From Phycisphaerae bacterium (lineage in GTDB: Bacteria > Planctomycetota > Phycisphaerae > UBA1845 > Fen-1342): 64,000 nucleotides of DNA. Shown here piece by piece: positions 57,432 to 64,000 of the stretch (the first letter of the stretch is position 1; each line of letters starts with the position of its first letter). The notes under the pieces were generated by a model, which saw only the letters and a program-made list of their open reading frames with translations, searched no databases and was not told the origin of the DNA. A program made the position numbers and the translations under genes. The stretch lies in the NCBI GenBank assembly GCA_963675745.2, contig CAXXWX010000017.1, positions 58,097 through 122,096 of the forward strand, written 5' to 3'.

Positions 57432-60400
57432 ATGGGTCGACCGAATGAGGAGCAACTGGCCCGCTACGCAGCAGGTGACTGCGGCGAAGAAGAGGCTCAG
57501 GCGATCGAGGCGTACCTGGAGCAGTCGCCGGAAGCCCGGGAGTGGGTTGAGCGGGCCAGGGCAAACGCCGCCTGGCTTGATAGTATGCAGAAGGCTGTTG
57601 GGCAAACTGAGCCCGGCGCTGACGAAACGCAACAGGCGCTTGGCGCGACGGTGTCAGCCCCCGGCGACAAAGCCGCTGCCACCACGTCGCCGGGCTACAC
57701 GCCGCAGATCGAAGGTTATGAGATCGTCCGCGAGTTAAGCCGTGGTGGCCAGGGCGTCGTGTACCAGGCTCTGCAACGCTCCACCAAGCGTAAGGTCGCC
57801 ATCAAAGTCCTGCTTGAGGGGCCGTACGCCTCGAAATCGGCGCGCAAGCGCTTCGAGCGGGAGATCGAGCTGATCGCCCAGCTCAGGCACCCCAACATCA
57901 TCTCGATCTTCCACTCCGGCACGACGCCGGAAAATCGACAGTTCTACGTGATGGATTACGTGCGGGGGATGCCGCTGCACCGCTATGTGCGTGAAAAGAA
58001 ACTCGCGCTTGAAGACACACTCAAGCTGTTCGGGACAGTCAGCGAGGCGGTCCAGTTTGCCCATCAGAAGGGGATCATCCACCGCGACCTGAAGCCGACC
58101 AACATCCTGGTCGAGGCCGACGGGACGCCCAAGGTAATGGACTTCGGGCTGGCGAAGTTGCTGGCGGGCCCGGTTGAGACGCTGGTGTCGATCAGCCAGG
58201 AGGTTCTAGGTACGTTGCCGTACATGTCACCGGAGCAGGCGCGCGGGAATCCTGACGAGATCGATACGAGGACGGATATCTACGCGTTGGGCGTGATCCT
58301 GTACGAACTGCTGACCGGTCATTACCCGTACCCGGTGGTTGGGCAGGTTGTGGAGGTTCTGAGGCACATCACGGATACACCGCCAACGCCCCCGAGCCGC
58401 AGCTGGAAGCCGGACTCCGGGATTACTCAGCGAACTTCGAAGAAGGTCCGTGCTGGACAATGCCCGATCGATGATGAAGTACAGACGATCGTACTGCGGG
58501 CGCTGAGCAAGGAGCGGGAGCGACGGTATCAATCCGCCGGTGAGCTCGCCCGCGACGTTGGCCACTACCTGGCGGGCGAGCCAATCGAGGCCAAGCGCGA
58601 CAGTGGCTGGTACGTGATCAAGAAGACCGTACGGCGGTACAAGGTCGCCGTCAGCGTCGCATTGCTATTCGTGACCCTGCTGGTCGTCTTCGGCGCCCTC
58701 ATGTCTGTGCAGGCCGAGCGGAATCGACGGCTGGCCGACAGCGAGCGAGGGGCGAACGCCCTGGCCACGCGCAGGTCCCGCGAAGCCGAGGATGCGCTGC
58801 AGCTTGCAGAGGTCGCGCGAGCTCACGCGGAACAGCAGGCAGATCTGGCGCAGCGACAGCTTTATGCAATCCAGGTTGCTCAGGCTGATAACGCCTTTCG
58901 TAACGCGGAAGTGACCCGCATGAAGCGAGTGCTCGAAGAATGTTCCAGCCGCCTGCGCGGGTGGGAATGGTATTGGCTCAAGCGCATGTCCGATCGCAGT
59001 GAGAGGACCTTGCGCAGCGATGGGAAGCACGTTTATTGGTGTGTAGCGTTCAGCCCGAAAGGCGACTGGGTCGTTTTCGGCTGCTCAGACGGTACTCTCC
59101 GGTTTTGCAGCCCCGACAGTGCCAAGGAGTTTCGTCGTCTGGCAGCGCATAAAGCACTTATCAGCGATGTCGCGGTAACTCCGGGAGGGGACCATATCAT
59201 TTCTGCAAGCGGCGACCGATCCATTCGGATATGGAACGTCTCATCTGGTAGCGAAGTGCGAACCCTCTCCGAGGGCGAATCTCAGTGGACTAGCGTCGCC
59301 ATAAGCTCGAATGGTAAGTACATTGCCGCGGCGGGCCTCAACAACAACATTATCAAGGTATGGGATTGGGACATGGGCGAGGATCCGCTCGCGCTTGATG
59401 TTGCTGGCCACGGCGTGGAGTCCTTGGCTTTCCGCCCCGGCAGTACTCAGCTGTACGCTGTTGTTATGGATGTGTCGTATGCCACAGCGCATTTGCGCAG
59501 ATGGGATGCAGCTACTGGAGAGACATTGGCGCCACTCGCCATTGAACGAGTTGGTGCCAATGTCGCGTTTAGCCCGGATGGGCAGCGATTCGTTATGAAT
59601 GGCTCGCACACGACCGACCTCGCCGTTTTAGACGCAGAGACCGGTGCTGTAATAACATCCTTGGCGGGCAATAGTGGCTGGAGGAACGCCATCGCATATA
59701 GCGCGGATGGGTCTCTGATCGCCTCTTGCGCGGACGATCGGACACTCATGTTGTGGGACGCGACAACAGGCGAGTCGCTTGGGACAATGACTGGCCACGA
59801 TGATATTGTGATCCAGCTGGCTTTTGATCCAAGTGGCCAGTATTTACTGTCTACCAGTTGGGACAAAACGGTCAAGTGGTGGGCCACGGGCGCATGTCGC
59901 GAGGTCCAGACACTGCGCCACTTGACGTCGACAAGGTTTCGGCCTTCGTTGAGCCGCGGCGCGGATCTGGCAATGAGCCCGGATGGCAAGCACATCGTTG
60001 TGTGGGACAATGATGGGCCGGACACGACCTTGTGGGATGCTGTCAGCGGGCAGAGGCTGCAGGAATTACCTGGTGCATATCGCCCAGTGACATTCAACCC
60101 GAAGGGGGCGCAGTTTGCTGTGACGGACGAATACGGAAATCCCACAATTTGGGATGTGGCTCCGCCAGAAAGGTCCGCACAATGCTGCGGCGCGACCACC
60201 GACACAGTCGTTGTATCGCATTTGGGCCAGATGGACTCCGACTTCTTTCCGGCGATGCCGACGGACTTCTGACGATATGGAGCGTCGCCGACGGCCATGA
60301 GCTAATGACACTGCAGGGTCATGATGGGGGCGTGACCTGCGTGGCGTTCGACCCGATCGGGCAACGAATCATATCTGGCGGCGCGGACTCCACACTCAAG

Positions 60401-62031
60401 ATTTGGGACGCGAGCACTGGTGCGCAGATAAAGACGCTGGTCGGGCACAAAGTTGGGGTTTGCTGTGTTGTATTCAGCCCTGACGGCACACAGGTGGCAT
60501 CCTGCTCCGGTGGCTCGAGGTCGACACCCGGAGACATCAAAATATGGAATGCTGCTGAGGGGACGGAGCAGCTGGCCTTTGAGAGTGCAGAGGGTGGCGC
60601 ATGCGGCCTAGCTTTTAGCCCAGATGGGCAGCGAATCGTCGTGGCCAGCGTCGACGGAGTACTCAGATTCCACGATGCCGTTGGGGGCCATGAGCTTCTC
60701 GCGTTGCGCGGCTACCTCAAAGAGGCGACGTGCCTGGCACGGAGCGCCGATGGTAAACAGATCGCTGTGAGTGGTCGCCATAGTGGCAGCAATGTAGTGC
60801 AGATCTGGGGGATTACGGAACCTAGGGGCATCACCAGTAGGGCACGGCTGAAAAACGATCTTATCTCGCTAAAGCAGAGTAAGTATCTCGCGCTTTCAGG
60901 CGAGGCACAGAGCTTGTTGATGGCTGGGGATTTCGTGAAGGGTGCGGCGGGCATCCTGGAATTAGCTCAGTTCGTTCGCGACCACCTGGGGTTCGACGAC
61001 TCAGTGTTCAGACGAGACATCGCTGGCTTTTGGCGTGCCTGTAAGGAGTCTCCGTCTAAGTTAGAGCCGGTAGCCCGCATTGTTGTGCCGATCGCCGAGG
61101 CGGTAGCAGGACCCGATCATCCGATGACGCTTGAGACACTGCACAACTTCGCGGATCTACTCGCACGGCAAGGGAAGCTCGCCGAGGCAGGGACGTATTT
61201 GCTGAATCGCTGCGACGGAAGCGAGACGTTTTCGGCAACGAGAGCCCGGAAACAGCGGTGTCAGCCCTGGGCCTTGCTAAGGTGCTGCTGCAGCAGGCCA
61301 ACGACGCCGAGGCAGCGCCGTTGGTTCAGGAGCTTCTCGACCTAAAGGTGGAATCGATGATAGGGCGTCGATCGTACTTCGTTGAGTATTCTGCACAGCT
61401 GAGCGAGCAAATGACTGCGCGACAGCGGCTGGAAGAGGCGGAGATCTTCGCACGCAAAGCAGCACAACTAGGTCGGGAGCACCTATCCGCATCGGACCCC
61501 CTCCTCGCTATCGCCTACCTCAGTGGTGGGCTGTGCTTGCTTGAGTGCGGAAAGTATGATGAGGCAGAGACGGATTTGCTAGAAGCTCGGCGGATTTTCT
61601 GGGAAAGTGGCTCGCTGCGTGACAAGCAGCGGGAGCGCTGTGAACGTCAACTGGTCCGGCTCTATGAGGCATGGGAGAAGCCGAACAAGGCTGCCCTGTG
61701 GCGCGGCTGGCTTGAGCCTGCCGCAGGTAAAACACTCATGCTCATTCGGTCAGACGTCCGTGATGCGCTGGCGCGCTACCGCGGCAATACTGGCCATTAT
61801 CCGAGCACGGCGGAAGGTGGGCTGCGGGCGCTGCTGGAGAAGCCAAAGGATGAGAAGGTGGCGGAAGCATGGAGCGGCCCTTATCTTCATGAAACGACTG
61901 CTTTGAAGGACGCGTGGGGACATGATCTCATTTACGTTGCCCACGGCAAGCATCACGAATACAGCTACGACCTGTCAAGCCCGGGCAAGAACGGAATTCC
62001 CGGCGACGAAGACGATATCACCAACTGGTAG
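57432..62031 (+). CDS. Ser/Thr kinase with TM, WD40 repeats, TPRs and C-terminal GspG-like pseudopilin domain; apparent frameshifts at about 60160 and 61199
   Basis: Kinase motifs (RGGQGVVY, IIHRDLKPTN, MDFGLAK, GTLPYMSPEQ); LRGWEWYWL; GH...WD repeats continue across ORFs 57366-60272, 60032-61345 and 61258-62031; ends YPSTAEGGLRALL..WSGPYL..KDAWGH..YDLSSPGKNG...DDITNW. Confidence 0.85.
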
Positions 62032-62474
62032 AATGGTTTTTTTGACTCGCCAGGCGCTGCGATGCTTAACCGGCGTACATATCTGGTCTACTGCCGCAAA
62101 ATCGGCCTCGCCGTATTGGCGGTTGCGGTACCCGTCGTCTGATCTCGGTCCAGAGTTGCATGTCGGTGTATACCCTTGGGGACCTCGCCGCATGGCCGCT
62201 TCGAAGTGACCGTACCGGAGTATACCTGCGACTCCCTCAGAGCCCAACATCGTCGCCACCACCCGGCCGGTCAGCCAGGGCGCTGCACTTTTCCACCGAC
62301 CATCGGCATTCCCCCAGGCGCTGCACTTGTCAACCGGCATTCATACAAACCAGGATGTTGCGCGTGAGGCTATGCTGACCTGTGCGTACGGGTAGGTGGA
62401 GCGAGTGCAGCGCGAGGACAGGCGAAGCGCGCGCTTGACTGGCTTGGATTGAAGAAGCGCGAAAGGTACGCACG

Positions 62475-62812
62475 ATGATGAGAGTTCACTGGTTCTGGAG
62501 AGCGCTGTCCGCAGTCACGGCCGGATCCGCCGTGCTCGGAGCAACTGTACTAGGTGTCTTCATTCCAACCCAGAAGATGTCTGCCGGTGGGTGGAAGCGA
62601 CCGCGGGGCTCGACTTCTCACTCGCTTTCGCGCTGTCTGCGATGCTCCTGCTCATTTCTTGCCTGAGCATTCCAGCAACCATCTACGGCGTGCTGACCTT
62701 CCTCTATGGCTACGAATCGTCACGCGACAAAGAAACCCGTTGCCGAGAGTGCGGGTACATCCTGCGAGGAATCCTGGAACCGCGCTGTTCCGAGTGTGGC
62801 GAGCGAATATGA
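62475..62812 (+). pseudogene. Small membrane protein with C-terminal Zn ribbon, split by one frameshift (about 62580)
   Basis: MRVHWFWRALSAVTAG TM segment, then another frame FSLAFALSAMLLLISCL...ETRCRECGYILRGILEPRCSECGERI. Confidence 0.6.
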
Positions 62813-63124
62813 CAGGGCACACAGGCGCGTTGGCGACCTTCTTGATCAGCGTTTACGAGTGGGTGTAGGCGGACGGATTGCCAGGTCGGACGCAGGACGC
62901 GATGCCACTTGGCCCCGGAGGCCGTGATCACATATGGCTGCAGGTCGAGGAACTGGCGGAACAGGGAGTTGAAGCCGATCTGCTCGAACAGTCGCAACTC
63001 GCTGCGAACGCTGTACAGGGCCCGCGGCAGCAGAGCTTCCATGAGCGGCTTCGGCTGAGTGCTTGGCGCGCCGTGTTCAGTATATGCCGGGGGCGAGGCG
63101 CCACCCCAAAGCCCCCTTCTTCGT

Positions 63125-63700
63125 TCACTCAGCGTCGCCGATGAGCTCGGTCATCAGCTCCCTTAAGCGCGCAGTGAGACGAGACTTGATGACGTAGACG
63201 TGGTTGGCGGTGATATTGAAGGTTTGGCGAACCTTGTCAACACTCCAGCCGTCGAGCACGAGTCGCTGATACGCCTCGCAAGTCTGCGGCTCAACCTCGT
63301 TGCGCAGCTTCTTTAGGCAGAAGCGTAGATGCGCGCCGAGCCAGATCTTCTCGAATTCGCCTTCCGGCAAGGCCTCGCGCTTCTGCGGGCGCTTGAAAAC
63401 GGCGCTATCGACTTGGCACTCGCGCCGCCTTCGAAGCCGGTCGATCACGCGCCGCTTGACCATAACTTTCAGCCAACGTTTAAACGTGCCGCGGCGCTTG
63501 TCGTACTCGAATCGCTTGATGGACTGATTGACCTGAGCGAGGCACTCCTGGGCAATGTCCTCGGCGTCGTGGGTACTCAGACCGCACGTCCGGACGTAGC
63601 GCAGCAGGATGGGGCGGTAAATCGCCGTAAACTCCCGCCATGCCATAGAGTTGTCATCTGCTTTTAGGCGTAGGAGCAAGCTGACTCGGGTCGTTTCCAC
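63125..63700 (-). CDS. ECF sigma factor, paralog of 41030-41599
   Basis: GGAG before GTG 63700; ETTRVSLLLR, AWREF, DAEDIAQEC, GTFKRWL, NHVYVIKSR. Confidence 0.92.
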   Translation of the reverse strand: METTRVSLLLRLKADDNSMAWREFTAIYRPILLRYVRTCGLSTHDAEDIAQECLAQVNQSIKRFEYDKRRGTFKRWLKVMVKRRVIDRLRRRRECQVDSAVFKRPQKREALPEGEFEKIWLGAHLRFCLKKLRNEVEPQTCEAYQRLVLDGWSVDKVRQTFNITANHVYVIKSRLTARLRELMTELIGDAE

Positions 63701-63779
63701 TGTTAACTGCGCTCCGCCGAACCAGACATCATTGTAACCTGGAAGCGCCCTCAACACCCGAACCTGATCTGCGTGGATG

Positions 63780-63998
63780 TCATGTGTGCCCAGTCAATGA
63801 TCTGCGCCGCTGTTCCGTAAACCACTCCCGCATACACTCGCGGATCGCATTCGCCGTCTTCCCCGTCAACTGTTCGGGCAATTCAACCTCGGCCAACTCC
63901 ATCACTGATACCGCCCAATCAATGATTTGCTCTTCCCGTTTCTGAGCTTCAGCCCGAGCGATCAACATCCCCTGTTCCCGCTCTGCCGCGTGTTGCTC
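63780..63998 (-). CDS. 3' end of a hypothetical protein (partial at window edge)
   Basis: Frame is open from the window end (EQHAAEREQGMLIARAEAQ...) to a stop at 63780; helical, no recognised motif. Confidence 0.35.
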   Translation of the reverse strand, partial: EQHAAEREQGMLIARAEAQKREEQIIDWAVSVMELAEVELPEQLTGKTANAIRECMREWFTEQRRRSLTGHT

Positions 63999-64000
63999 AC

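Overview
This is a GC-rich bacterial window, most likely from Planctomycetota (Phycisphaerae-like). The lineage call is inferred from the H-X9-DG-type protein, ECF sigma/Ser-Thr kinase pairs, dockerin-like C-termini and CxxCGYDL..CPECG proteins. Left to right it holds: (1) an ECF sigma/FecR module, an acyltransferase-ankyrin fusion, a queuosine-salvage gene, a NERD protein, a Gfo/Idh/MocA oxidoreductase and tRNA-Ser; (2) a broken Rhs tip with a nucleotidyltransferase-like toxin motif beside an IS21-like end; (3) an arabinose/arabinan locus (araA, ROK regulator, GH51, GH127/146, araD, araB, SSS transporter, GH2 remnant); (4) an orphan Rhs cassette array whose cores carry an embedded dockerin-like domain and caspase-fold (HG...C) tips with membrane-anchored putative immunity genes; (5) three kinase/ECF modules, an inverted-repeat-bracketed lipoprotein cassette, a tRNA-Val 3' fragment (att-like) with defence remnants, and a tandem array of secreted dockerin-tailed proteins. 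The most unusual signals are: a 33-34 bp palindromic micro-insertion found five times inside Rhs coding sequence, with empty alleles visible in the same window; in-frame internal RBS+ATG+signal peptides hidden inside the FecR and acyltransferase genes; dockerin-in-Rhs protease toxins; and a GspG pseudopilin head fused to a kinase receptor. Many single-base frameshifts sit at homopolymers and are probably sequencing errors. All family assignments come from motif recognition only; no database searches were run.
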